IMG/VR virus record: IMGVR_UViG_3300028563_000016
Span: 11,724-75,723 of that record
DNA: 64,000 nucleotides
Direction: 5' to 3' (one strand)
Source: a virus
Shown: positions 1 through 10,581 of the stretch, piece by piece
How positions within the stretch are numbered: position 1 is the stretch's first letter
Layout of the letters: each line of letters opens with the position of its first letter
Translations under genes and position numbers: made by a program
The notes under the pieces: model-generated
Told to the model about the DNA's origin: nothing
Seen by the model: only the letters and a program-made list of their open reading frames with translations
Databases searched by the model: none

Positions 1-542
1 CACAGTGTGGGACGCGATATTGGACGAAAATTTGATTTGTAAAAAGTGTGATTTCCAACGAATTGTTTGTCATAGTGAACAACGTTTTGGCATCTCACAC
101 CGACATGTGACACTGACTCGTGATTTATGTGTTTAGGTGTCGATAAACTATCATAACGTTTAATGTCATTGACATCATATTCTGGAAGTCTAATACAGTT
201 TACGTCTGGATTTTTATCCATGTATGACACGGCGTCTGCAACAAACGTTCCATCGTACACGACAAAATCATCGTACATGTATGCAAAATATTTACATTTT
301 AACGATTTTGCGCGCAGTAATGCAACGTAATGAGCTACAACATCAACCCATTTGTTATTCGCATTAAAATATTCATAACACGTGTTAACAACTGAACGTG
401 TTGGAGCGGCGTTATCAACGACTATGATGTGTGCGTCGTTTATTGTTTTAAGCGATTGATATGATTTTTCCCAAATATCAAGTCGCTTAGCACGATTTAC
501 GTCTGTCAAGTACGACAACCACGATATGACGATTTTAGACAT
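1..542 (-). CDS. GT2-like glycosyltransferase (partial, runs off window start)
   Basis: Not in ORF track; own translation from ATG 542: MSKIVISWLSYL...HIIVVDNAAP...YFAYMYDDFVVYD, open to base 1; IIVVDN and acidic YDD motifs of the GT-A fold. Confidence 0.65.
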   Translation of the reverse strand, partial: MSKIVISWLSYLTDVNRAKRLDIWEKSYQSLKTINDAHIIVVDNAAPTRSVVNTCYEYFNANNKWVDVVAHYVALLRAKSLKCKYFAYMYDDFVVYDGTFVADAVSYMDKNPDVNCIRLPEYDVNDIKRYDSLSTPKHINHESVSHVGVRCQNVVHYDKQFVGNHTFYKSNFRPISRPTL

Positions 543-1344
543 GTGATAACACCGATCCGATAATTGTACTCGACGTCATGTATTTTTCCCATGTGTACAC
601 ACAATATTCGCTTCGAATTTTATAGTCATCACAAACTAAATCGACATAATTTGGCACGTCACCAGGTGTGTATTCAATACAACATTCCAATATTTCTTTC
701 TTCCAATACGAAGACGGTGGCACAAGTGATGGAATTCCCAAACACAGCGCTTCGTATGTTCCATGACGTGGACCTATGCCATGCGGTTGCAACGTAAAAT
801 AAGAATTCATTAGTTCTTGAACGTAATTGTTTGTTCGCAATCCACTCATTTCAACAAACGTATCACCATACGCTGCTTTCGCTGAATTCACGTCCGCTTT
901 GCGATCGTAAGCGTAGCAAGATGCATATCCGCCAAAGAACGCAACGAGGTGCTCACCACTTAAATTTTCTCGAAAAGCATGACGATTGTTTATGATGTGT
1001 GAGTACGCATCGTAATACGACCACGGAAAACACGTTAATAGCTCGCCTTTTATTTCGTCAATTTTCTCGTAAAAGTGTTTGCTACACGTCGGTGATAAGT
1101 TTGGCTTCACGTAAAAGAATTTTTTGTACCTGTTTCGTGCAGCGATGCACAAATCAAGTCTTTCAGTGCTCTCAACCTGACTGTCTAACACGCCGTCATG
1201 ACACTCCCACCAGACTTCACAAGTTGGCATGTCCCACAACATCGTCTTTGCGACTATTTCTTGTCGTTGTTGCCATTCTTTGGGAATTGATGGTAGGAGA
1301 TAATTGAAACGATGTGATGAGACGTAACAGATGTTATGCTGCAT
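535..1344 (-). CDS. Exostosin/GT47-like glycosyltransferase
   Basis: C-terminal YVQELMNSYFTLQPHGIGPRHGTYEALCLGIPSLV resembles the exostosin F-x-L-x-P-x-G...YEAL..GCIPV motif. Confidence 0.6.
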   Translation of the reverse strand: MQHNICYVSSHRFNYLLPSIPKEWQQRQEIVAKTMLWDMPTCEVWWECHDGVLDSQVESTERLDLCIAARNRYKKFFYVKPNLSPTCSKHFYEKIDEIKGELLTCFPWSYYDAYSHIINNRHAFRENLSGEHLVAFFGGYASCYAYDRKADVNSAKAAYGDTFVEMSGLRTNNYVQELMNSYFTLQPHGIGPRHGTYEALCLGIPSLVPPSSYWKKEILECCIEYTPGDVPNYVDLVCDDYKIRSEYCVYTWEKYMTSSTIIGSVLSHV

Positions 1345-1390
1345 TATTTTTAATTTAATTTATTATCGTAATTTTGTATACATATAACAC

Positions 1391-2507
1391 ATGATTATTT
1401 CGATATCTAATGTTGAACTATCTGGCACATTGACTGGTGATTTTAATGACACAACCACATTTCCAAAATATGATTTGCCATCAACAAACATTGTAATTTC
1501 TGCATCAATGGGTACTGATTTTTATCTTAACAAAGGATACGTTAACAACATCAAGTTATGTAACAATTTTGCCAATTGGATCGCTTGATAAACAAATAAT
1601 TTCATTTTTAATCAATGACACAACGTATCAATATGACATTATCAATTCCGGAACGTTAAACACGAACACACTTTTTAGTAGTCATGTCAATGCACCCGTG
1701 AAAGTTGACGTTCAATTTAACGGAACTGACTGGGAATTAAATTCGTTTAAAAATTTATCATATACAAATTATACTGCACCTTCAATTGATCCTACAAGTA
1801 TTTCAGGACTTGTTCATTGGTATCGTTCAGATCAACTTGTTACATATGATGAAAATGGTATATCGTCATGGGACGATCTTATTGGAAATGCAAACGGAAT
1901 TCAAACAAATAACAACAATAAACCAACGTTTTATTCGTCATCAAGTTTAAATGGCCATCCAAAAATTAGATTTGGAGAAGGAACACCAATTATTAATCAA
2001 TCGACAATGGACGCTTTAAATTTTTCAATAACATTAGCACAACCATATACAATTATTTTAGTTTGGCAAAGATGGAATGATGTTGGATATAATAATAATG
2101 ATGGTAGCACGGTACATTGGTCTATAATCGGCAGTTCAACTGGAGACATTGCATTACAAGAATATACCGACGTTCATACACGATGGAATTGTGGTGCAAA
2201 TCTAACATATTCTTCATATTTAAATGATGCATATGATGTAGGTATTGACACATTTGGTGTAACAACACTCATTGGAAATGGAACGTTATCAAAAATCATC
2301 AATAATGGAACAATACTTGCAACTGGTGATGCTGGAAATGCTGCATTTAATGGCTCAACTTATGCATTAAGTCTTGGTTCAAGAGGTGACGTATGGGGAT
2401 GTAGTTACATTGACGCTGTTGAGATGTGTATTTTCAATAAATCATTAAATGATGCTGAAATTAGTGTATTACAACAAAATTACTTTCATGTTCGTTATGG
2501 CATCTAA
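1391..2507 (+). CDS. LamG/concanavalin-A-like domain protein, split by a 1-nt frameshift near 1519-1529
   Basis: ORFs 1391-1588 and 1569-2507 join if one base is removed at T5 1519-1523; GLVHWYRSD...WDDLIG and EMCIFNKSLNDAEI...Y...RYGI are typical LamG-like boundaries. Confidence 0.6.
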
Positions 2508-3406
2508 TATCTGATAATAGATTTATAATATTTTTTTTCATATCATGATATTTCATTAAACATGATGTATAACGTACAATTCTATTTTCATATTCTCGTA
2601 AACCAACATCAATTACATCACATAATTCTTTAAATGAAAACAATTGATTGTCTTCACCAATTACAATCATTGATTTTTTCATTTCGTTTTCCATATATGA
2701 GGGAACATCTCCGACAGGAAGACACCATGACATACCAAATTCTGCATATTTTGGTACAAATCTATCCCTCCACCCAGCTTTACACACACTGCCTAATTTA
2801 CATTGATCTAATATTTCAAAATATTTTTCACCAAAAACTTGATGTGTTGCTTCAGAAATTGAATTTCCTGGATGTAATATTACGCCCACCTTGTATCCAT
2901 TATACCTTTTTTTTTTGTAAACTAAACAAATTAAATATCTGTGTACGAACAGGATACGCAACATTGTCAAGTTGACCAGAAATCAAAATATCGTATTTTT
3001 TTTCTTTCCGTGGGCGTAATGATTTAATTGATAATGGACATTTTAAAACATGTAATCCATGACTTTGTAAATCTTCAATGTTTCGCTTTGAAGGAAACGT
3101 TATTATGACATTTTTACAGTCAATTTGATTCAAAAGCTCATAAACTGTTCGAAATAATATTCCATCACTTTTACTTTCGTCTATGACGTAGATGTATTTA
3201 TGACATTGTAAATTACGTAATTTTTCCTTTGAAGATTGATGTTCAAATGAAATAAAGACAACAATTGTGTCAGAATCATTGAAATTTAATTCATTAAATT
3301 CTTTTTCAGAAAGAATTTTAACACCATTTATTATCAATTCTTCAAATAATCCGTTAAAATTCCAAATATAATTAAATTGATTGTCTTTGTGAATAAAATA
3401 TATCAT
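2461..3406 (-). CDS. Glycosyltransferase-like (GT-B) protein, frameshifted at an A10 tract
   Basis: ATG 3406 overlaps upstream stop (ATGA); KKYDILISGQ...YPVR continues as KRYNGYKV...GEKYFEILDQCK...PKYAE in the next frame if A10 (2907-2916) were A9. Confidence 0.6.
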
Positions 3407-3849
3407 TTTACAACTTCTATATTTGAATAATAACCTTTGGTGATGTTTGCGACACCATGAATTATGGCATTTTCTACAATCAATCCACAACTAATATGTG
3501 CATTGCCACCAATTACCGCATTCGCGCCAATGTAGCCTCCATATACTTTTGCATTTGTTGAAATTCTTGCATTTTCTACAACGATTGCAAATCCAAAAAC
3601 TTGTCCGCAATTGTACACCCACACATGTCCACGAAGAACTGCTTGACCATACACTTTTGCGTCACAATTGACGACAACGTGATCTTCGACGATCGCTTCA
3701 TCAAACACTAACACATTCCTGCCAACGAATGCTGTTTTTGCAACGTATGCAGTGTCAGCAACCCATCCACCAAGAATTCCTGATTTCACATGTCGATGTG
3801 CACGAACAAGTCCGTGTCCATCACCAAAATCGTAAAAACATTGTGTCAT
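3403..3849 (-). CDS. Hexapeptide-repeat (left-handed beta-helix) protein
   Basis: Repeats such as DAKVYG/QAVLRG/CGQVFG/NAKVYG/NAVIGG/NAHISC. Confidence 0.75.
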   Translation of the reverse strand: MTQCFYDFGDGHGLVRAHRHVKSGILGGWVADTAYVAKTAFVGRNVLVFDEAIVEDHVVVNCDAKVYGQAVLRGHVWVYNCGQVFGFAIVVENARISTNAKVYGGYIGANAVIGGNAHISCGLIVENAIIHGVANITKGYYSNIEVVK

Positions 3850-3855
3850 AATTTC

Positions 3856-4818
3856 CTAAATCGATTGTAATAACGTGCGGTACTTTTCAAACCCGCGTGG
3901 TATTTTCCAATCGTCAGGAACGACAGGAATTGTGGGAACACACTGCAATAAGTTCGTTGATATCGCGCTTTGTGGCAACACATCTTCAGCGATTCCAACG
4001 GGAGTAGAAATTGTCGGAACTTCACATAACGAAGTTTCCAACAAAGCTTGCGGCCCACCTTCATAACGAGCAGAAACTACGTATAAATCTAAACAATTGT
4101 ATAGCTCATTGATTGTTTCAATCTTTGGTAGCTCGATGTACGTATATGGTATGTTTGCAAATTGTAAACGATTAATCACATATTGGCGCCGCCAACCTGC
4201 AAGTAACACATGAACGTTTGGATGAACTATTGCTTGCGATATCACATAGTCACAAAATGTGTCAGGACCTTTTTCCCACTTTCCGGTGAAATCTCCTGAC
4301 GCTATCGAAGAACCTTCGGTATCTCGTTGAAAACTGCCTATAACGTATGCGTCGTGTGGAACGTTATATTTTTGACGAAGAGAAAGTTTTTCATCAATGG
4401 GTTTAAACAAAAATTGATTTGCCCAATAAGGCAGCACATGTACGTCTTTTTTGGGAAGTTTGAGATTTTCTTGAATTTCTTTTACTTGCTCTAACGTGTG
4501 ACGATTGAAAACGTGATACGCATGAGTGAATTTGTCACGAGCAATAAAATCAAGAGCTTCTGCTCTTCCAAATTTAGTGGGTACAATATGGTGTATTGTT
4601 GTTAAAACTCGCTTGTTAACAAGAAGTCCTGCGCGCGCAAGACCATACCAACACCAATCTGCAAGTAAACAAATTATATCTGCTTGTGCTGGACTTGGGA
4701 CACACATATCTTGATTTCCTTCAAAAAACTCGCGTGACATGCGATCACATATCCAATTTTCATTTGACGGCAAAACGTAAACTTTTTTATATGCGTGAAA
4801 GTGCTGCATTTTCATCAT
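3856..4818 (-). CDS. GT4-family glycosyltransferase
   Basis: IGSFQRD, EKGPD, LYNCLDLYVVSARYEGGPQALLE (E-x7-E) motifs. Confidence 0.85.
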   Translation of the reverse strand: MMKMQHFHAYKKVYVLPSNENWICDRMSREFFEGNQDMCVPSPAQADIICLLADWCWYGLARAGLLVNKRVLTTIHHIVPTKFGRAEALDFIARDKFTHAYHVFNRHTLEQVKEIQENLKLPKKDVHVLPYWANQFLFKPIDEKLSLRQKYNVPHDAYVIGSFQRDTEGSSIASGDFTGKWEKGPDTFCDYVISQAIVHPNVHVLLAGWRRQYVINRLQFANIPYTYIELPKIETINELYNCLDLYVVSARYEGGPQALLETSLCEVPTISTPVGIAEDVLPQSAISTNLLQCVPTIPVVPDDWKIPRGFEKYRTLLQSI

Positions 4819-5425
4819 CCTTTAATTCACGATCAGTAATTCTGATAAGACGTAATTCTTTTAGAGTAAAATATGCGTCACATAATCTATCACGATCATA
4901 TTTTGATTTTTATGGACCTGTACAAAGTTGTTCATATGGTCTGTCAAGACCATGCCAATATAATCCATCAAGCTGTACATATGTATTACAACTTTTTACA
5001 TAAAAATCAATACGATAATTATTTACACTTATGTGATGTATTACGTCTTCACAACCAAAACGTTGTATTAAAAGTTCATAAAGTCTTTCTTCAGGTCTTG
5101 AAGACCACAATTTACCGTTACGTCTAATTGTTTCAAATCGTTTTTTTACCGCGGCGGGTGAATTTGAACGTACACTTGTTTTCTTTGCAGCACATGAACG
5201 ACATGTCATATACCCGGATTGTGTTGATCGTTTTACGTTACGAATAATACCACATTCTAAACACGTGACAGTTTTTCTTGATCGTTGTGAATTTAAAATT
5301 CTTTTAGAACAACTTCTACATTTTCTTTGTACTTGAACGCCTAATTTAAAATCAATTTTTTCTTGTTTAAACAAGTATTTTACTTCTCTGGAAGAGTTAC
5401 AAACATCACAATATACGATATGCAT
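4787..5425 (-). pseudogene. Vsr/DUF559-like homing endonuclease with in-frame TAA at 4910-4912
   Basis: CxxC fingers; SRPE...IDFY...QLDGLYWHG; reading through TAA gives KSKYDRDRLCDAYF...LRLIRITD, matching the C-termini of paralogs at 33632 and 45116. Confidence 0.75.
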
Positions 5426-5439
5426 ATTAACTTTACTTT

Positions 5440-5655
5440 CTACATCACCAAATCGTACACGTTATACTTTCCAAATTCGTTTTCACGTTCTTCAACAAAC
5501 TTTAAATCTTGACTTGCATAAACATGAGCCACATTTCCGAGTTCAGTTTTACAAAAAGAATATTGACCATCACAATGTCTGAACCAGACATATGTTGAAC
5601 CATCGGTTGTCAAACAGTTTATCATCGAATTCTGTGGAATTTCATATAGTTTCAT
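5440..5655 (-). CDS. Hypothetical protein
   Basis: 71-aa ORF in operon orientation with GTGTAA-N18-TACGAT upstream. Confidence 0.6.
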   Translation of the reverse strand: MKLYEIPQNSMINCLTTDGSTYVWFRHCDGQYSFCKTELGNVAHVYASQDLKFVEERENEFGKYNVYDLVM

Positions 5656-5680
5656 GATGTTTCATCGTAATACACACGTA

Positions 5681-6130
5681 TCAAACGTTACACACTATAT
5701 TCGTCTTGTCGTTAATTTTTTGAATTATCTTTCGTAAGTCACTTGGTAATATGTTCATGAAATCAACAATTTCAATGTCTTTTGCGTCTTTGCACCTTAT
5801 AACCATATCATTCGTGCCTTTACACTCTTCTAAATTCTTCGGGTAAACAAAGTAGACGCACATGTCGACGGGATTTGAAATAACGTGTTCGCGCTCTAAC
5901 ATTTTAATGTTTCTCAAAATTCCCGCAGCGTGGTTGTGGATTGTCCAACTTGCAGGATAATCACGAACTGTCATGCCCATCATCTTTGCGCACTCGCTCG
6001 CAAGTTTATCTGCGCCTCGGCAGTAACCCGTTATGACTGTCGTACACTTGCATTTCGGGAAGTAATCAAGAAAATTGATGATGTAATCTTCGTAACTGAA
6101 ATCGCGACTTCCACAAACGAGAATTTTCAT
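5681..6130 (-). CDS. SLOG-family (DUF2493/YspA-like) protein
   Basis: MKILVCGSRDF, ITGYCRGADKLA, AGILRNIKML, KGTNDMV. Confidence 0.8.
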   Translation of the reverse strand: MKILVCGSRDFSYEDYIINFLDYFPKCKCTTVITGYCRGADKLASECAKMMGMTVRDYPASWTIHNHAAGILRNIKMLEREHVISNPVDMCVYFVYPKNLEECKGTNDMVIRCKDAKDIEIVDFMNILPSDLRKIIQKINDKTNIVCNV

Positions 6131-6209
6131 TTTTTATTCTTTCGAAAAAATATTTCAATGTGATTAGCAGAAAATAAAAGTAACACAATGATTACACAAA
6201 AAACATTTA

Positions 6210-7892
6210 TCATTTTGTCTCTCGCTTTGTCACAATAATTCTAAATTCTGGAAAATACAACGCGTCGATGTCTGTCCCAAGAAAACACCTAACGGCGTCA
6301 TCTGGGCTGTCTACGATGGGTGAACGATCATTTTGGCTCGTGTTTAGTAGAATTGGCACTCCTGACTTTTGCTCCCACAACGTCAAGAATTTGTGCCAAA
6401 ATGGATTTGTTTCTTTTTCGACCGTTTGAAGCCTTGCTGTTCCGTCGACATGAATTACAGCAGGAATTAAATTTCTCTTTTCTTCTTTTACATTTGCCGT
6501 AAATCCCATGTATGGACTATCAATTGTGCCTTCAAACCACTCATTTGCTTTTTCTTTTAATACACTCGGAGCAAACGGGCGGAACGCTTGACGATGTTTC
6601 ACCTTCTCATTTATCAAATCCTTCATCGACAAGCTTCGTGGATCAGCTACGATAGACCGATTTCCCAAAGCCCTTCGTCCACACTCTGATCGTCCTTGAA
6701 AAATTGACACAATCTTTTGATCGAGCAACATGTCTATCACAAGATCGTCAGTTGTTCTATTAAACTTCAACACGCCTTTGCTTACTGTACAGCAATTTGC
6801 TTTAGTTCGTAGTACATGTGAATTTACCTCAACTTTGTCTTTATAAAAGTCTAAGGCCTTCAACACATCGCTTTCAGTGTAGCTATTTCCCATGTAAGGT
6901 GAGAACGAGTGCGATGTGTAGATGCGTGGGTTGTCAAGGATGTGGTGCCAATGATACGAGCAACATCCCAAACACAGTCCCCCATCATAGGGCACCGGCG
7001 GCACGAACACGTTCTTCACGTTCGGAAACCATTTTTGTATCTTGCCTGTCATCAACGAGTTCAATGCAACACCGCCGCTGACACAGACGTTTTCAACTTT
7101 TTCTACGCCTGCATGTAACATGATATTGTAGATGTACTCTTCGGTTGCAAGTTGAAGCGAGGCTGCGATGTTACACGTCTCTTCGAACGAAGACTTTGCG
7201 ATGTATTCAAACTTTCCTATGTATGGGTGTTTTGGTGAACGTGGATCTTTTGCACTCATCCCTTTCACGTGACCCTCAGGAGCCTGGCACACGCGTCGAT
7301 TGGTTTCTCCATTGAACCACGTGCGAATTTCACCGATGTACTTCTGTGAATCACCGAATGCGGCAAGCGCCATCACTGTGCCGCAGCAATTTCCCTGCGG
7401 GAAGCCTGATTCTAAGCGAAATATGAAACGCGTTGCACGTGACCATACTGTCCCAACGTTCACACCCGGGAAGTGTCCGACAAAATCTATTTTGTTGTCG
7501 TGTCCATGATACACGCCAGTGGTGATTTCATTTCCATGCTCATCGTCTATGCCACCGCCATCAATTGTAAAAATCAGTGCGTCCTTCATCTGTGATGAGT
7601 AAAATGCATGCGCAGCGTGAGCCAAGTGATGTGAGTACAGGTGAACTTTGTCTATTCCTATCGTGTCGAGCACGCTTGTGATGTGTATGTCACGTGACAG
7701 GTGTTGCGGGTAGCATGACACTGCGACGTCAGGCTTCACGAACTCACGCTCGAACATGTACGCGTGAATGGGATTTCCCATGGGCTCTTTCGTACGTAGA
7801 ACTCTTTCGAGCTCAACGTGCTTCGTGACGATGCCATCTTCGAGCGTGCACCAGGACGCATCGTGATGGTGATGATAGCCAATGATCTTCAT
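6210..7892 (-). CDS. Carbamoyltransferase, NodU/CmcH family
   Basis: HDAS, ELER, HHLAHA, DGGG, SGGVALN, GRRALGNRS, RPFAP, HVDGTARLQTV, LLNTS; start placed at MKIIG. Confidence 0.92.
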   Translation of the reverse strand: MKIIGYHHHHDASWCTLEDGIVTKHVELERVLRTKEPMGNPIHAYMFEREFVKPDVAVSCYPQHLSRDIHITSVLDTIGIDKVHLYSHHLAHAAHAFYSSQMKDALIFTIDGGGIDDEHGNEITTGVYHGHDNKIDFVGHFPGVNVGTVWSRATRFIFRLESGFPQGNCCGTVMALAAFGDSQKYIGEIRTWFNGETNRRVCQAPEGHVKGMSAKDPRSPKHPYIGKFEYIAKSSFEETCNIAASLQLATEEYIYNIMLHAGVEKVENVCVSGGVALNSLMTGKIQKWFPNVKNVFVPPVPYDGGLCLGCCSYHWHHILDNPRIYTSHSFSPYMGNSYTESDVLKALDFYKDKVEVNSHVLRTKANCCTVSKGVLKFNRTTDDLVIDMLLDQKIVSIFQGRSECGRRALGNRSIVADPRSLSMKDLINEKVKHRQAFRPFAPSVLKEKANEWFEGTIDSPYMGFTANVKEEKRNLIPAVIHVDGTARLQTVEKETNPFWHKFLTLWEQKSGVPILLNTSQNDRSPIVDSPDDAVRCFLGTDIDALYFPEFRIIVTKRETK

Positions 7893-7909
7893 ATGAGTAA
7901 TATAATAAT

Positions 7910-8143
7910 TCACCGACGCAACACGTATTGCATTGATTCTTGAGCCTCTTTCCATTTAACCCAAAACTTTGACGAACGAGTTGCTTCACACTCAGGACAT
8001 GTAAAAGACACGCGATTGTTGTAAACAGTAACTTTCCACCCAACGGGACAACAAAGTTCTAATACACTTTCATTTTCAGCTTCGACAGTTCCTGGAACAA
8101 AATGTGCGCCGCACTCTGCACATGAAATTGTAAATATTACCAT
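7910..8143 (-). CDS. Small zinc-ribbon protein
   Basis: CAEC...CPEC. Confidence 0.55.
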   Translation of the reverse strand: MVIFTISCAECGAHFVPGTVEAENESVLELCCPVGWKVTVYNNRVSFTCPECEATRSSKFWVKWKEAQESMQYVLRR

Positions 8144-8832
8144 GTCTGCTCCTGATTATATAGCTTTCTGAAGTCTTTTTGTTGAATGAAATACGTGCAT
8201 GGAAATTCACCCAACGTTAAAACTCCCCAACCTGTCACAGACCTCGTCTTGTGACCTCGCCACGGGTGATGCCAAATCGTTTTGTAATTTAAACGCAGAA
8301 CAGTTCCAAACTCAACCATTCGTTTTACGTCAGTGTGATCTCGTGAGCAGAAAAAATTATCTGCTCCCGCGGGATTTGTGACGACGACGAGTGAACTATC
8401 AAACCGTTCGTATTTGTTATGTGTTGATAACAAATGAATTTCGTCTCGTAATTCACTCACTCGTTCCGGTAACCCATGTGTCAACGATTTGAATAAGTCG
8501 GATGAAATTACGGGATACAATATTGAATCATAGTCATCAGGGCGCGTATGTAAAATATTTTCTTGATAAAGAAAGTGTGTTTCAACCCCGTTATATGGAT
8601 CAATGCCTGACTTTTCACGTATTTCTTGTGAACAAATACAGTTTCCTAAAGGTTTACCCGTCTTGTCATAGAATTTTCCAAGCCCAAAACAAACTTTACA
8701 CCCATTGTTTTCAACAAACCTCTTGTGAAGAAGTCTCGCAACGTAGTTGTGACTGTTCAAAATCAGTCGCTTCACGTTTTTGAGTTCCTGTTTTTTCTGT
8801 TTCAGGACGTCGTCGATTGTGGTGAGATCCAT
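8137..8832 (-). CDS. Hypothetical protein with CxxCxGxG motif
   Basis: CKVCFGLG...CIC. Confidence 0.55.
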   Translation of the reverse strand: MDLTTIDDVLKQKKQELKNVKRLILNSHNYVARLLHKRFVENNGCKVCFGLGKFYDKTGKPLGNCICSQEIREKSGIDPYNGVETHFLYQENILHTRPDDYDSILYPVISSDLFKSLTHGLPERVSELRDEIHLLSTHNKYERFDSSLVVVTNPAGADNFFCSRDHTDVKRMVEFGTVLRLNYKTIWHHPWRGHKTRSVTGWGVLTLGEFPCTYFIQQKDFRKLYNQEQTW

Positions 8833-8850
8833 TTGTCAATAAACAAATTA

Positions 8851-9807
8851 TCACATTGACGAGTGAATTACACTCTCAAACAATTCAACGTATTTTTTTG
8901 CAACGTTCTTTATCGATACATCAACGTGTGAACCCAAAGACTTGACGTCAGGTAATTGTTTTATCTGCTTCACGTTTAGTGTGGGTGGTAAATCCCAATC
9001 AAAGTACCCGTGTTCAAGTTCATTCTCTTCTTGCAAGACTATCCCAAAGTCTTTGACAATTTCTTTAGTGCCGCCTGAAGATGCACATATCACAGGAGTT
9101 TCTTGAGACAACGCATGAATTACAGTGTTAGGGCAGTGATCACACCACGCACTATGAATAAAATACGTCGACATCGCATAGACTTCAAGACACACGTCAA
9201 GCGATTGACAACCCGCATAAAAAATTCCTGTGTCAGCGCGTAATAAGTCGTAGTTTTGTTGATTGTCGACAGTGCCAAGAACTATCAAACAACTCTTCTT
9301 GTCGGGCGACAAGCTTCGCAGGTGTTTGAACAGCTCAACATTTTCTCGCAATCGCTTTTGTGTGTGCCACATTGCCGAGCAAGAGTACACTATGTCATGT
9401 TCTTGACGAATTCTCTCTAACCCTGTGAACTTGTGTTCACGTATTGGCGTTGCGTCAGTGCCATTGTGAATGACGACGCTTTGCTTTGGCTCGCCAAACA
9501 GCTTCGTGATGACTCCTTTATCAAACTCGCTCTGAAACACGACTGCGTCTGCGAGAACGTACGTTTGTTTTATGTTCCTGTTTTTCTGTTCAAAGTCTTT
9601 TTGCGACGACCATATGCCGTCGAGTCGATGTACAACTTTGTCACACAGCTTTTCTCCCGTTCTCTCAATGAACACCAAGCTCACGTCTGCGTTGCTGTCA
9701 AAGACGACTTCGTGTCCTATCTCAAAGAAAGCCTTTGCGAGACAAGTTCCAAAACAGTTTGGACCGCTTGAACTGCTCAAGTCGATATTATTCAGCTGAA
9801 TTCGCAT
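8851..9807 (-). CDS. GT4-family glycosyltransferase
   Basis: HRLDG, VFQSEF, IHNG, DHCPNTVIHAL, SGGTKEIV. Confidence 0.85.
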   Translation of the reverse strand: MRIQLNNIDLSSSSGPNCFGTCLAKAFFEIGHEVVFDSNADVSLVFIERTGEKLCDKVVHRLDGIWSSQKDFEQKNRNIKQTYVLADAVVFQSEFDKGVITKLFGEPKQSVVIHNGTDATPIREHKFTGLERIRQEHDIVYSCSAMWHTQKRLRENVELFKHLRSLSPDKKSCLIVLGTVDNQQNYDLLRADTGIFYAGCQSLDVCLEVYAMSTYFIHSAWCDHCPNTVIHALSQETPVICASSGGTKEIVKDFGIVLQEENELEHGYFDWDLPPTLNVKQIKQLPDVKSLGSHVDVSIKNVAKKYVELFESVIHSSM

Positions 9808-9975
9808 ATTCGCTCCAACATGCTAAAACTAACCATCTATTAAGATTGTCGCGAACACGTAACACGTAATAACACCCAGTAAAATGCGCATCATACTCTG
9901 AAAAATCTTGCATCCAATTTGACGTGTCACTTCTTTAACAATAATAATTTGACTGTGTTTTTTGACACCTTCATA

Positions 9976-10581
9976 TTACAACCCATGAATTTGTGAAGGA
10001 TCATCATCTGGCTTGATCGCGAGTAACAACTTTTTATTCGCAACGTTTCTTGGAATCACTCCCGCGTTGTTCGTCTCGTCAATGTGACACTCTTTTGACG
10101 CACTAACCCAATCAAAACTCTCACAATAGTGAGTAAAATATTTCCACGTGTGTTCAAAGCCAGCACCGAGTGCCCACGCCATCGAGTGTATTGCTAATTG
10201 CGCGTTTGCAGGAAACTTGTTCCAATTGATGAATGCGTTTGAAATGTATTTCTCGTTCGCCTGAAGTCTCTGCATCACGATATTGTCGATGCTTGCATCA
10301 GTCAACATCAACGTTGCGACTTTTTCTGCGGCTTTGTGACCGCCTTTTGCGAGACTTTTGTTTTCTTTTATCTTATTCCATTCAACAACAATTTCATCCT
10401 TTGTTGCAGGTAACTTCGTGTCTCGATGTATCCATGGCAATTTCAACGCGCGTTCTACGGGATCGATGAGTACACCGACCGCACACGTTATGAGCTGCTT
10501 TACGTCAGCGTACATCACATAAATTCGCCCTTCAAGCTTTGTGGAAAATGAAGGAAAAATGTCTATGACTGATTTATACAT
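9976..10581 (-). CDS. Lysozyme (GH24/T4-lysozyme-like endolysin)
   Basis: E-x8-D-x5-T triad in LEGRIYVMYADVKQLITCAVG; AQLAIHSMAWALG; RN near C-terminus. Confidence 0.75.
   Translation of the reverse strand: MYKSVIDIFPSFSTKLEGRIYVMYADVKQLITCAVGVLIDPVERALKLPWIHRDTKLPATKDEIVVEWNKIKENKSLAKGGHKAAEKVATLMLTDASIDNIVMQRLQANEKYISNAFINWNKFPANAQLAIHSMAWALGAGFEHTWKYFTHYCESFDWVSASKECHIDETNNAGVIPRNVANKKLLLAIKPDDDPSQIHGL

Noticed and set aside
4910-4912. Stop-codon reassignment in this phage
   Set aside because: Single case; long genes are intact in the standard code, and TAA, TGA and TAG all end genes.
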